Source of the DNA: the human T2T-CHM13v2.0 reference genome, Homo sapiens
Assembly (NCBI RefSeq): GCF_009914755.1
Contig: NC_060937.1
Reading direction: 5' to 3' (one strand)
Length of the DNA: 64,000 bases
The notes below the pieces were generated by a model. It made no database searches and had not been told where the DNA came from. It saw only the letters and a list, made by a program, of their open reading frames with translations. Of this stretch, positions 23,301 through 38,300 are shown piece by piece. A program made the position numbers and the translations under genes. The stretch's first letter is position 1, and each line of letters opens with the position of its first letter.

Positions 23301-26300
23301 AGTACACACATCACAAACTTGTTTCTCAGAATCCTTCTGTCTCGTTTTTCTGGGAAGATATTTACTTTTTCACCGTAGGCATCAAAGCGCTCCAAATGTC
23401 CACATCCAGATACTCCAGAAAGAGTGTTTCAAACCTGCTCTATGAAAGGGAATCTTCAACTCTATGAGTTGAATGCAGACATCAGAAAGAAATTTCTGAG
23501 AATGCTGCTGTCTACCTTTTATTTGAATTCCCGCTTCCAGCGAAATCCTCCAAGCTATCCAAATATCCACTTGCAGATTCCACAAAAAGAGTGTTTCAAA
23601 ACTGCTCTCTATCAATGGCAAAGTTCAACTCTGTTAGTTGAGGACACATATCACCAACAAGTTTCTGAGAATGCTTCTGTCTATTTTTTATGGGAAGATA
23701 TTTCCTTTTTCACCGTAGGCGTCAAGGCGATCGAAATGTCCACTTCCACAAACTACAAAAAGAGTGTTTCAAACCTGCTCTATGAAAGGCCATGTTCATC
23801 TCTATGAGTCGAATGGAAATATCCGAAAGAAATTTCTGGGAATGCTGCTGTCTAGTTTTTATACGAATTCCCGCTTCCAACGAAATCCTCAAAGCAATCC
23901 AAATATCCACTTGCAGAATCCACAAAAAGAGTGTTTCAAAACTGCTCTATCAATAGAAAGGTTCAACTCTTTTAGTTGAGTACACACATCACAAACAAGT
24001 TTCTGAGAATGCTTCTGTCTGGCTTTTATTGGAAGACGTTTCCTTTTCACCAAAGGCATCAAAGCGCTCCAAATGTCCACTTCCAGATTCTTCCAAAAGA
24101 GTGTTTGAAACGTGCTCAAAGTAAGGGAATGTTCAACTCTGTGACTTGAATGCAGATATCACCAAGTAGTTTCTAATAGTGCTTCTGTCTAGATTTTAGA
24201 TGATGATATTCCCGTTTCCAACGAAATCGTTAGAGCTATCCAAATATCCACTTACAGTTGCTACAAAAACAGTGTTTCCAAACTGCTGCATCAAAAGAAA
24301 GGTTCAACTCTGTTAGTTGAGGACACACGTCACAAAGAAGTTTGTGAGAATGCTTCTGTCTAGATTTTGTATGACGATATTCCCTTTTCCAACGATATCG
24401 TTAAAGCAATCTAAATATCCATTTGCAGAATCCACAAAAATAGAGTTTCAAAGCTGCTCTGTAAAAAGAAAGGTTCCACTCTGTTAGCTGAGTACACACA
24501 TCACAAACTTGTTTCTCAGAATCCTTCTGTCTCGTTTTTCTGGGAAGATATTTACTTTTTCACCGTAGGCATCAAAGCGCTCCAAATGTCCACATCCAGT
24601 TTCAAACCTGCTCTATGAAAGGGAATCTTCAACTCTATGAGTTGAATGCAGACATCAGAAAGAAATTTCTGAGAATGCTGCTGTCTACCTTTTATTTGAA
24701 TTCCCGCTTCCAACGAAATCCTCCAAGCTATCCAAATATCCACTTGCAGATTCCACAAAAAGAGTGTTTCAAAACTGCTCTCTATCAATGGCAAAGTTCA
24801 ACTCTGTTAGTTGAGGACACATATCACCAACAAGTTTCTGAGAATGCTTCTGTCTATTTTTTATGGGAAGATATTTCCTTTTTCACCGTAGGCGTCAAGG
24901 CGATCGAAATGTCCACTTCCACAAACTACAAAAAGAGTGTTTCAAACCTGCTCTATGAAAGGCCATGTTCATCTCTATGAGTCGAATGGAAATATCCGAA
25001 AGAAATTTCTGGGAATGCTGCTGTCTAGTTTTTATACGAATTCCCGCTTCCAACGAAATCCTCAAAGCAATCCAAATATCCACTTGCAGAATCCACAAAA
25101 AGAGTGTTTCAAAACTGCTCTATCAATAGAAAGGTTCAACTCTTTTAGTTGAGTACACACATCACAAACAAGTTTCTGAGAATGCTTCTGTCTGGCTTTT
25201 ATTGGAAGACGTTTCCTTTTCACCAAAGGCATCAAAGCGCTCCAAATGTCCACTTCCAGATTCTTCCAAAAGAGTGTTTGAAACGTGCTCAAAGTAAGGG
25301 AATGTTCAACTCTGTGACTTGAATGCAGATATCACCAAGTAGTTTCTAATAGTGCTTCTGTCTAGATTTTAGATGATGATATTCCCGTTTCCAACGAAAT
25401 CGTTAGAGCTATCCAAATATCCACTTACAGTTGCTACAAAAACAGTGTTTCCAAACTGCTGCATCAAAAGAAAGGTTCAACTCTGTTAGTTGAGGACACA
25501 CGTCACAAAGAAGTTTGTGAGAATGCTTCTGTCTAGATTTTGTATGACGATATTCCCTTTTCCAACGATATCGTTAAAGCAATCTAAATATCCATTTGCA
25601 GAATCCACAAAAATAGAGTTTCAAAGCTGCTCTGTAAAAAGAAAGGTTCCACTCTGTTAGCTGAGTACACACATCACAAACTTGTTTCTCAGAATCCTTC
25701 TGTCTCGTTTTTCTGGGAAGATATTTACTTTTTCACCGTAGGCATCAAAGCGCTCCAAATGTCCACATCCAGATACTCCAGAAAGAGTGTTTCAAACCTG
25801 CTCTATGAAAGGGAATCTTCAACTCTATGAGTTGAATGCAGACATCAGAAAGAAATTTCTGAGAATGCTGCTGTCTACCTTTTATTTGAATTCCCGCTTC
25901 CAACGAAATCCTCCAAGCTATCCAAATATCCACTTGCAGATTCCACAAAAAGAGTGTTTCAAAACTGCTCTCTATCAATGGCAAAGTTCAACTCTGTTAG
26001 TTGAGGACACATATCACCAACAAGTTTCTGAGAATGCTTCTGTCTATTTTTTATGGGAAGATATTTCCTTTTTCACCGTAGGCGTCAAGGCGATCGAAAT
26101 GTCCACTTCCACAAACTACAAAAAGAGTGTTTCAAACCTGCTCTATGAAAGGCCATGTTCATCTCTATGAGTCGAATGGAAATATCCGAAAGAAATTTCT
26201 GGGAATGCTGCTGTCTAGTTTTTATACGAATTCCCGCTTCCAACGAAATCCTCAAAGCAATCCAAATATCCACTTGCAGAATCCACAAAAAGAGTGTTTC

Positions 26301-29300
26301 AAAACTGCTCTATCAATAGAAAGGTTCAACTCTTTTAGTTGAGTACACACATCACAAACAAGTTTCTGAGAATGCTTCTGTCTGGCTTTTATTGGAAGAC
26401 GTTTCCTTTTCACCAAAGGCATCAAAGCGCTCCAAATGTCCACTTCCAGATTCTTCCAAAAGAGTGTTTGAAACGTGCTCAAAGTAAGGGAATGTTCAAC
26501 TCTGTGACTTGAATGCAGATATCACCAAGTAGTTTCTAATAGTGCTTCTGTCTAGATTTTAGATGATGATATTCCCGTTTCCAACGAAATCGTTAGAGCT
26601 ATCCAAATATCCACTTACAGTTGCTACAAAAACAGTGTTTCCAAACTGCTGCATCAAAAGAAAGGTTCAACTCTGTTAGTTGAGGACACACGTCACAAAG
26701 AAGTTTGTGAGAATGCTTCTGTCTAGATTTTGTATGACGATATTCCCTTTTCCAACGATATCGTTAAAGCAATCTAAATATCCATTTGCAGAATCCACAA
26801 AAATAGAGTTTCAAAGCTGCTCTGTAAAAAGAAAGGTTCCACTCTGTTAGCTGAGTACACACATCACAAACTTGTTTCTCAGAATCCTTCTGTCTCGTTT
26901 TTCTGGGAAGATATTTACTTTTTCACCGTAGGCATCAAAGCGCTCCAAATGTCCACATCCAGATACTCCAGAAAGAGTGTTTCAAACCTGCTCTATGAAA
27001 GGGAATCTTCAACTCTATGAGTTGAATGCAGACATCAGAAAGAAATTTCTGAGAATGCTGCTGTCTACCTTTTATTTGAATTCCCGCTTCCAACGAAATC
27101 CTCCAAGCTATCCAAATATCCACTTGCAGATTCCACAAAAAGAGTGTTTCAAAACTGCTCTCTATCAATGGCAAAGTTCAACTCTGTTAGTTGAGGACAC
27201 ATATCACCAACAAGTTTCTGAGAATGCTTCTGTCTATTTTTTATGGGAAGATATTTCCTTTTTCACCGTAGGCGTCAAGGCGATCGAAATGTCCACTTCC
27301 ACAAACTACAAAAAGAGTGTTTCAAACCTGCTCTATGAAAGGCCATGTTCATCTCTATGAGTCGAATGGAAATATCCGAAAGAAATTTCTGGGAATGCTG
27401 CTGTCTAGTTTTTATACGAATTCCCGCTTCCAACGAAATCCTCAAAGCAATCCAAATATCCACTTGCAGAATCCACAAAAAGAGTGTTTCAAAACTGCTC
27501 TATCAATAGAAAGGTTCAACTCTTTTAGTTGAGTACACACATCACAAACAAGTTTCTGAGAATGCTTCTGTCTGGCTTTTATTGGAAGACGTTTCCTTTT
27601 CACCAAAGGCATCAAAGCGCTCCAAATGTCCACTTCCAGATTCTTCCAAAAGAGTGTTTGAAACGTGCTCAAAGTAAGGGAATGTTCAACTCTGTGACTT
27701 GAATGCAGATATCACCAAGTAGTTTCTAATAGTGCTTCTGTCTAGATTTTAGATGATGATATTCCCGTTTCCAACGAAATCGTTAGAGCTATCCAAATAT
27801 CCACTTACAGTTGCTACAAAAACAGTGTTTCCAAACTGCTGCATCAAAAGAAAGGTTCAACTCTGTTAGTTGAGGACACACGTCACAAAGAAGTTTGTGA
27901 GAATGCTTCTGTCTAGATTTTGTATGACGATATTCCCTTTTCCAACGATATCGTTAAAGCAATCTAAATATCCATTTGCAGAATCCACAAAAATAGAGTT
28001 TCAAAGCTGCTCTGTAAAAAGAAAGGTTCCACTCTGTTAGCTGAGTACACACATCACAAACTTGTTTCTCAGAATCCTTCTGTCTCGTTTTTCTGGGAAG
28101 ATATTTACTTTTTCACCGTAGGCATCAAAGCGCTCCAAATGTCCACATCCAGATACTCCAGAAAGAGTGTTTCAAACCTGCTCTATGAAAGGGAATCTTC
28201 AACTCTATGAGTTGAATGCAGACATCAGAAAGAAATTTCTGAGAATGCTGCTGTCTACCTTTTATTTGAATTCCCGCTTCCAACGAAATCCTCCAAGCTA
28301 TCCAAATATCCACTTGCAGATTCCACAAAAAGAGTGTTTCAAAACTGCTCTCTATCAATGGCAAAGTTCAACTCTGTTAGTTGAGGACACATATCACCAA
28401 CAAGTTTCTGAGAATGCTTCTGTCTATTTTTTATGGGAAGATATTTCCTTTTTCACCGTAGGCGTCAAGGCGATCGAAATGTCCACTTCCACAAACTACA
28501 AAAAGAGTGTTTCAAACCTGCTCTATGAAAGGCCATGTTCATCTCTATGAATCGAATGGAAATATCCGAAAGAAATTTCTGGGAATGCTGCTGTCTAGTT
28601 TTTATACGAATTCCCGCTTCCAACGAAATCCTCAAAGCAATCCAAATATCCACTTGCAGAATCCACAAAAAGAGTGTTTCAAAACTGCTCTATCAATAGA
28701 AAGGTTCAACTCTTTTAGTTGAGTACACACATCACAAACAAGTTTCTGAGAATGCTTCTGTCTGGCTTTTATTGGAAGACGTTTCCTTTTCACCAAAGGC
28801 ATCAAAGCGCTCCAAATGTCCACTTCCAGATTCTTCCAAAAGAGTGTTTGAAACGTGCTCAAAGTAAGGGAATGTTCAACTCTGTGACTTGAATGCAGAT
28901 ATCACCAAGTAGTTTCTAATAGTGCTTCTGTCTAGATTTTAGATGATGATATTCCCGTTTCCAACGAAATCGTTAGAGCTATCCAAATATCCACTTACAG
29001 TTGCTACAAAAAGAGTGTTTCCAAACTGCTGCATCAAAAGAAAGGTTCAACTCTGTTAGTTGAGGACACACGTCACAAAGAAGTTTGTGAGAATGCTTCT
29101 GTCTAGATTTTGTATGACGATATTCCCTTTTCCAACGATATCGTTAAAGCAATCTAAATATCCATTTGCAGAATCCACAAAAATAGAGTTTCAAAGCTGC
29201 TCTGTAAAAAGAAAGGTTCCACTCTGTTAGCTGAGTACACACATCACAAACTTGTTTCTCAGAATCCTTCTGTCTCGTTTTTCTGGGAAGATATTTACTT

Positions 29301-32300
29301 TTTCACCGTAGGCATCAAAGCGCTCCAAATGTCCACATCCAGATACTCCAGAAAGAGTGTTTCAAACCTGCTCTATGAAAGGGAATCTTCAACTCTATGA
29401 GTTGAATGCAGACATCAGAAAGAAATTTCTGAGAATGCTGCTGTCTACCTTTTATTTGAATTCCCGCTTCCAACGAAATCCTCCAAGCTATCCAAATATC
29501 CACTTGCAGATTCCACAAAAAGAGTGTTTCAAAACTGCTCTCTATCAATGGCAAAGTTCAACTCTGTTAGTTGAGGACACATATCACCAACAAGTTTCTG
29601 AGAATGCTTCTGTCTATTTTTTATGGGAAGATATTTCCTTTTTCACCGTAGGCGTCAAGGCGATCGAAATGTCCACTTCCACAAACTACAAAAAGAGTGT
29701 TTCAAACCTGCTCTATGAAAGGCCATGTTCATCTCTATGAGTCGAATGGAAATATCCGAAAGAAATTTCTGGGAATGCTGCTGTCTAGTTTTTATACGAA
29801 TTCCCGCTTCCAACGAAATCCTCAAAGCAATCCAAATATCCACTTGCAGAATCCACAAAAAGAGTGTTTCAAAACTGCTCTATCAATAGAAAGGTTCAAC
29901 TCTTTTAGTTGAGTACACACATCACAAACAAGTTTCTGAGAATGCTTCTGTCTGGCTTTTATTGGAAGACGTTTCCTTTTCACCAAAGGCATCAAAGCGC
30001 TCCAAATGTCCACTTCCAGATTCTTCCAAAAGAGTGTTTGAAACGTGCTCAAAGTAAGGGAATGTTCAACTCTGTGACTTGAATGCAGATATCACCAAGT
30101 AGTTTCTAATAGTGCTTCTGTCTAGATTTTAGATGATGATATTCCCGTTTCCAACGAAATCGTTAGAGCTATCCAAATATCCACTTACAGTTGCTACAAA
30201 AACAGTGTTTCCAAACTGCTGCATCAAAAGAAAGGTTCAACTCTGTTAGTTGAGGACACACGTCACAAAGAAGTTTGTGAGAATGCTTCTGTCTAGATTT
30301 TGTATGACGATATTCCCTTTTCCAACGATATCGTTAAAGCAATCTAAATATCCATTTGCAGAATCCACAAAAATAGAGTTTCAAAGCTGCTCTGTAAAAA
30401 GAAAGGTTCCACTCTGTTAGCTGAGTACACACATCACAAACTTGTTTCTCAGAATCCTTCTGTCTCGTTTTTCTGGGAAGATATTTACTTTTTCACCGTA
30501 GGCATCAAAGCGCTCCAAATGTCCACATCCAGATACTCCAGAAAGAGTGTTTCAAACCTGCTCTATGAAAGGGAATCTTCAACTCTATGAGTTGAATGCA
30601 GACATCAGAAAGAAATTTCTGAGAATGCTGCTGTCTACCTTTTATTTGAATTCCCGCTTCCAACGAAATCCTCCAAGCTATCCAAATATCCACTTGCAGA
30701 TTCCACAAAAAGAGTGTTTCAAAACTGCTCTCTATCAATGGCAAAGTTCAACTCTGTTAGTTGAGGACACATATCACCAACAAGTTTCTGAGAATGCTTC
30801 TGTCTATTTTTTATGGGAAGATATTTCCTTTTTCACCGTAGGCGTCAAGGCGATCGAAATGTCCACTTCCACAAACTACAAAAAGAGTGTTTCAAACCTG
30901 CTCTATGAAAGGCCATGTTCATCTCTATGAGTCGAATGGAAATATCCGAAAGAAATTTCTGGGAATGCTGCTGTCTAGTTTTTATACGAATTCCCGCTTC
31001 CAACGAAATCCTCAAAGCAATCCAAATATCCACTTGCAGAATCCACAAAAAGAGTGTTTCAAAACTGCTCTATCAATAGAAAGGTTCAACTCTTTTAGTT
31101 GAGTACACACATCACAAACAAGTTTCTGAGAATGCTTCTGTCTGGCTTTTATTGGAAGACGTTTCCTTTTCACCAAAGGCATCAAAGCGCTCCAAATGTC
31201 CACTTCCAGATTCTTCCAAAAGAGTGTTTGAAACGTGCTCAAAGTAAGGGAATGTTCAACTCTGTGACTTGAATGCAGATATCACCAAGTAGTTTCTAAT
31301 AGTGCTTCTGTCTAGATTTTAGATGATGATATTCCCGTTTCCAACGAAATCGTTAGAGCTATCCAAATATCCACTTACAGTTGCTACAAAAACAGTGTTT
31401 CCAAACTGCTGCATCAAAAGAAAGGTTCAACTCTGTTAGTTGAGGACACACGTCACAAAGAAGTTTGTGAGAATGCTTCTGTCTAGATTTTGTATGACGA
31501 TATTCCCTTTTCCAACGATATCGTTAAAGCAATCTAAATATCCATTTGCAGAATCCACAAAAATAGAGTTTCAAAGCTGCTCTGTAAAAAGAAAGGTTCC
31601 ACTCTGTTAGCTGAGTACACACATCACAAACTTGTTTCTCAGAATCCTTCTGTCTCGTTTTTCTGGGAAGATATTTACTTTTTCACCGTAGGCATCAAAG
31701 CGCTCCAAATGTCCACATCCAGATACTCCAGAAAGAGTGTTTCAAACCTGCTCTATGAAAGGGAATCTTCAACTCTATGAGTTGAATGCAGACATCAGAA
31801 AGAAATTTCTGAGAATGCTGCTGTCTACCTTTTATTTGAATTCCCGCTTCCAACGAAATCCTCCAAGCTATCCAAATATCCACTTGCAGATTCCACAAAA
31901 AGAGTGTTTCAAAACTGCTCTCTATCAATGGCAAAGTTCAACTCTGTTAGTTGAGGACACATATCACCAACAAGTTTCTGAGAATGCTTCTGTCTATTTT
32001 TTATGGGAAGATATTTCCTTTTTCACCGTAGGCGTCAAGGCGATCGAAATGTCCACTTCCACAAACTACAAAAAGAGTGTTTCAAACCTGCTCTATGAAA
32101 GGCCATGTTCATCTCTATGAGTCGAATGGAAATATCCGAAAGAAATTTCTGGGAATGCTGCTGTCTAGTTTTTATACGAATTCCCGCTTCCAACGAAATC
32201 CTCAAAGCAATCCAAATATCCACTTGCAGAATCCACAAAAAGAGTGTTTCAAAACTGCTCTATCAATAGAAAGGTTCAACTCTTTTAGTTGAGTACACAC

Positions 32301-35300
32301 ATCACAAACAAGTTTCTGAGAATGCTTCTGTCTGGCTTTTATTGGAAGACGTTTCCTTTTCACCAAAGGCATCAAAGCGCTCCAAATGTCCACTTCCAGA
32401 TTCTTCCAAAAGAGTGTTTGAAACGTGCTCAAAGTAAGGGAATGTTCAACTCTGTGACTTGAATGCAGATATCACCAAGTAGTTTCTAATAGTGCTTCTG
32501 TCTAGATTTTAGATGATGATATTCCCGTTTCCAACGAAATCGTTAGAGCTATCCAAATATCCACTTACAGTTGCTACAAAAACAGTGTTTCCAAACTGCT
32601 GCATCAAAAGAAAGGTTCAACTCTGTTAGTTGAGGACACACGTCACAAAGAAGTTTGTGAGAATGCTTCTGTCTAGATTTTGTATGACGATATTCCCTTT
32701 TCCAACGATATCGTTAAAGCAATCTAAATATCCATTTGCAGAATCCACAAAAATAGAGTTTCAAAGCTGCTCTGTAAAAAGAAAGGTTCCACTCTGTTAG
32801 CTGAGTACACACATCACAAACTTGTTTCTCAGAATCCTTCTGTCTCGTTTTTCTGGGAAGATATTTACTTTTTCACCGTAGGCATCAAAGCGCTCCAAAT
32901 GTCCACATCCAGATACTCCAGAAAGAGTGTTTCAAACCTGCTCTATGAAAGGGAATCTTCAACTCTATGAGTTGAATGCAGACATCAGAAAGAAATTTCT
33001 GAGAATGCTGCTGTCTACCTTTTATTTGAATTCCCGCTTCCAACGAAATCCTCCAAGCTATCCAAATATCCACTTGCAGATTCCACAAAAAGAGTGTTTC
33101 AAAACTGCTCTCTATCAATGGCAAAGTTCAACTCTGTTAGTTGAGGACACATATCACCAACAAGTTTCTGAGAATGCTTCTGTCTATTTTTTATGGGAAG
33201 ATATTTCCTTTTTCACCGTAGGCGTCAAGGCGATCGAAATGTCCACTTCCACAAACTACAAAAAGAGTGTTTCAAACCTGCTCTATGAAAGGCCATGTTC
33301 ATCTCTATGAGTCGAATGGAAATATCCGAAAGAAATTTCTGGGAATGCTGCTGTCTAGTTTTTATACGAATTCCCGCTTCCAACGAAATCCTCAAAGCAA
33401 TCCAAATATCCACTTGCAGAATCCACAAAAAGAGTGTTTCAAAACTGCTCTATCAATAGAAAGGTTCAACTCTTTTAGTTGAGTACACACATCACAAACA
33501 AGTTTCTGAGAATGCTTCTGTCTGGCTTTTATTGGAAGACGTTTCCTTTTCACCAAAGGCATCAAAGCGCTCCAAATGTCCACTTCCAGATTCTTCCAAA
33601 AGAGTGTTTGAAACGTGCTCAAAGTAAGGGAATGTTCAACTCTGTGACTTGAATGCAGATATCACCAAGTAGTTTCTAATAGTGCTTCTGTCTAGATTTT
33701 AGATGATGATATTCCCGTTTCCAACGAAATCGTTAGAGCTATCCAAATATCCACTTACAGTTGCTACAAAAACAGTGTTTCCAAACTGCTGCATCAAAAG
33801 AAAGGTTCAACTCTGTTAGTTGAGGACACACGTCACAAAGAAGTTTGTGAGAATGCTTCTGTCTAGATTTTGTATGACGATATTCCCTTTTCCAACGATA
33901 TCGTTAAAGCAATCTAAATATCCATTTGCAGAATCCACAAAAATAGAGTTTCAAAGCTGCTCTGTAAAAAGAAAGGTTCCACTCTGTTAGCTGAGTACAC
34001 ACATCACAAACTTGTTTCTCAGAATCCTTCTGTCTCGTTTTTCTGGGAAGATATTTACTTTTTCACCGTAGGCATCAAAGCGCTCCAAATGTCCACATCC
34101 AGATACTCCAGAAAGAGTGTTTCAAACCTGCTCTATGAAAGGGAATCTTCAACTCTATGAGTTGAATGCAGACATCAGAAAGAAATTTCTGAGAATGCTG
34201 CTGTCTACCTTTTATTTGAATTCCCGCTTCCAACGAAATCCTCCAAGCTATCCAAATATCCACTTGCAGATTCCACAAAAAGAGTGTTTCAAAACTGCTC
34301 TCTATCAATGGCAAAGTTCAACTCTGTTAGTTGAGGACACATATCACCAACAAGTTTCTGAGAATGCTTCTGTCTATTTTTTATGGGAAGATATTTCCTT
34401 TTTCACCGTAGGCGTCAAGGCGATCGAAATGTCCACTTCCACAAACTACAAAAAGAGTGTTTCAAACCTGCTCTATGAAAGGCCATGTTCATCTCTATGA
34501 GTCGAATGGAAATATCCGAAAGAAATTTCTGGGAATGCTGCTGTCTAGTTTTTATACGAATTCCCGCTTCCAACGAAATCCTCAAAGCAATCCAAATATC
34601 CACTTGCAGAATCCACAAAAAGAGTGTTTCAAAACTGCTCTCTATCAATGGCAAAGTTCAACTCTGTTAGTTGAGGACACATATCACCAACAAGTTTCTG
34701 AGAATGCTTCTGTCTATTTTTTATGGGAAGATATTTCCTTTTTCACCGTAGGCGTCAAGGCGATCGAAATGTCCACTTCCACAAACTACAAAAAGAGTGT
34801 TTCAAACCTGCTCTATGAAAGGCCATGTTCATCTCTATGAATCGAATGGAAATATCCGAAAGAAATTTCTGGGAATGCTGCTGTCTAGTTTTTATACGAA
34901 TTCCCGCTTCCAACGAAATCCTCAAAGCAATCCAAATATCCACTTGCAGAATCCACAAAAAGAGTGTTTCAAAACTGCTCTATCAATAGAAAGGTTCAAC
35001 TCTTTTAGTTGAGTACACACATCACAAACAAGTTTCTGAGAATGCTTCTGTCTGGCTTTTATTGGAAGACGTTTCCTTTTCACCAAAGGCATCAAAGCGC
35101 TCCAAATGTCCACTTCCAGATTCTTCCAAAAGAGTGTTTGAAACGTGCTCAAAGTAAGGGAATGTTCAACTCTGTGACTTGAATGCAGATATCACCAAGT
35201 AGTTTCTAATAGTGCTTCTGTCTAGATTTTAGATGATGATATTCCCGTTTCCAACGAAATCGTTAGAGCTATCCAAATATCCACTTACAGTTGCTACAAA

Positions 35301-38300
35301 AAGAGTGTTTCCAAACTGCTGCATCAAAAGAAAGGTTCAACTCTGTTAGTTGAGGACACACGTCACAAAGAAGTTTGTGAGAATGCTTCTGTCTAGATTT
35401 TGTATGACGATATTCCCTTTTCCAACGATATCGTTAAAGCAATCTAAATATCCATTTGCAGAATCCACAAAAATAGAGTTTCAAAGCTGCTCTGTAAAAA
35501 GAAAGGTTCCACTCTGTTAGCTGAGTACACACATCACAAACTTGTTTCTCAGAATCCTTCTGTCTCGTTTTTCTGGGAAGATATTTACTTTTTCACCGTA
35601 GGCATCAAAGCGCTCCAAATGTCCACATCCAGATACTCCAGAAAGAGTGTTTCAAACCTGCTCTATGAAAGGGAATCTTCAACTCTATGAGTTGAATGCA
35701 GACATCAGAAAGAAATTTCTGAGAATGCTGCTGTCTACCTTTTATTTGAATTCCCGCTTCCAACGAAATCCTCCAAGCTATCCAAATATCCACTTGCAGA
35801 TTCCACAAAAAGAGTGTTTCAAAACTGCTCTCTATCAATGGCAAAGTTCAACTCTGTTAGTTGAGGACACATATCACCAACAAGTTTCTGAGAATGCTTC
35901 TGTCTATTTTTTATGGGAAGATATTTCCTTTTTCACCGTAGGCGTCAAGGCGATCGAAATGTCCACTTCCACAAACTACAAAAAGAGTGTTTCAAACCTG
36001 CTCTATGAAAGGCCATGTTCATCTCTATGAGTCGAATGGAAATATCCGAAAGAAATTTCTGGGAATGCTGCTGTCTAGTTTTTATACGAATTCCCGCTTC
36101 CAACGAAATCCTCAAAGCAATCCAAATATCCACTTGCAGAATCCACAAAAAGAGTGTTTCAAAACTGCTCTATCAATAGAAAGGTTCAACTCTTTTAGTT
36201 GAGTACACACATCACAAACAAGTTTCTGAGAATGCTTCTGTCTGGCTTTTATTGGAAGACGTTTCCTTTTCACCAAAGGCATCAAAGCGCTCCAAATGTC
36301 CACTTCCAGATTCTTCCAAAAGAGTGTTTGAAACGTGCTCAAAGTAAGGGAATGTTCAACTCTGTGACTTGAATGCAGATATCACCAAGTAGTTTCTAAT
36401 AGTGCTTCTGTCTAGATTTTAGATGATGATATTCCCGTTTCCAACGAAATCGTTAGAGCTATCCAAATATCCACTTACAGTTGCTACAAAAACAGTGTTT
36501 CCAAACTGCTGCATCAAAAGAAAGGTTCAACTCTGTTAGTTGAGGACACACGTCACAAAGAAGTTTGTGAGAATGCTTCTGTCTAGATTTTGTATGACGA
36601 TATTCCCTTTTCCAACGATATCGTTAAAGCAATCTAAATATCCATTTGCAGAATCCACAAAAATAGAGTTTCAAAGCTGCTCTGTAAAAAGAAAGGTTCC
36701 ACTCTGTTAGCTGAGTACACACATCACAAACTTGTTTCTCAGAATCCTTCTGTCTCGTTTTTCTGGGAAGATATTTACTTTTTCACCGTAGGCATCAAAG
36801 CGCTCCAAATGTCCACATCCAGATACTCCAGAAAGAGTGTTTCAAACCTGCTCTATGAAAGGGAATCTTCAACTCTATGAGTTGAATGCAGACATCAGAA
36901 AGAAATTTCTGAGAATGCTGCTGTCTACCTTTTATTTGAATTCCCGCTTCCAACGAAATCCTCCAAGCTATCCAAATATCCACTTGCAGATTCCACAAAA
37001 AGAGTGTTTCAAAACTGCTCTCTATCAATGGCAAAGTTCAACTCTGTTAGTTGAGGACACATATCACCAACAAGTTTCTGAGAATGCTTCTGTCTATTTT
37101 TTATGGGAAGATATTTCCTTTTTCACCGTAGGCGTCAAGGCGATCGAAATGTCCACTTCCACAAACTACAAAAAGAGTGTTTCAAACCTGCTCTATGAAA
37201 GGCCATGTTCATCTCTATGAGTCGAATGGAAATATCCGAAAGAAATTTCTGGGAATGCTGCTGTCTAGTTTTTATACGAATTCCCGCTTCCAACGAAATC
37301 CTCAAAGCAATCCAAATATCCACTTGCAGAATCCACAAAAAGAGTGTTTCAAAACTGCTCTATCAATAGAAAGGTTCAACTCTTTTAGTTGAGTACACAC
37401 ATCACAAACAAGTTTCTGAGAATGCTTCTGTCTGGCTTTTATTGGAAGACGTTTCCTTTTCACCAAAGGCATCAAAGCGCTCCAAATGTCCACTTCCAGA
37501 TTCTTCCAAAAGAGTGTTTGAAACGTGCTCAAAGTAAGGGAATGTTCAACTCTGTGACTTGAATGCAGATATCACCAAGTAGTTTCTAATAGTGCTTCTG
37601 TCTAGATTTTAGATGATGATATTCCCGTTTCCAACGAAATCGTTAGAGCTATCCAAATATCCACTTACAGTTGCTACAAAAACAGTGTTTCCAAACTGCT
37701 GCATCAAAAGAAAGGTTCAACTCTGTTAGTTGAGGACACACGTCACAAAGAAGTTTGTGAGAATGCTTCTGTCTAGATTTTGTATGACGATATTCCCTTT
37801 TCCAACGATATCGTTAAAGCAATCTAAATATCCATTTGCAGAATCCACAAAAATAGAGTTTCAAAGCTGCTCTGTAAAAAGAAAGGTTCCACTCTGTTAG
37901 CTGAGTACACACATCACAAACTTGTTTCTCAGAATCCTTCTGTCTCGTTTTTCTGGGAAGATATTTACTTTTTCACCGTAGGCATCAAAGCGCTCCAAAT
38001 GTCCACATCCAGATACTCCAGAAAGAGTGTTTCAAACCTGCTCTATGAAAGGGAATCTTCAACTCTATGAGTTGAATGCAGACATCAGAAAGAAATTTCT
38101 GAGAATGCTGCTGTCTACCTTTTATTTGAATTCCCGCTTCCAACGAAATCCTCCAAGCTATCCAAATATCCACTTGCAGATTCCACAAAAAGAGTGTTTC
38201 AAAACTGCTCTCTATCAATGGCAAAGTTCAACTCTGTTAGTTGAGGACACATATCACCAACAAGTTTCTGAGAATGCTTCTGTCTATTTTTTATGGGAAG

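Noticed and set aside
24552-24794. Novel 80-aa ORF variant, and chimeric ORFs at 34415-34840
   Set aside because: They are direct consequences of the 17-bp deletion and the 9-mer junction, not coding innovation.
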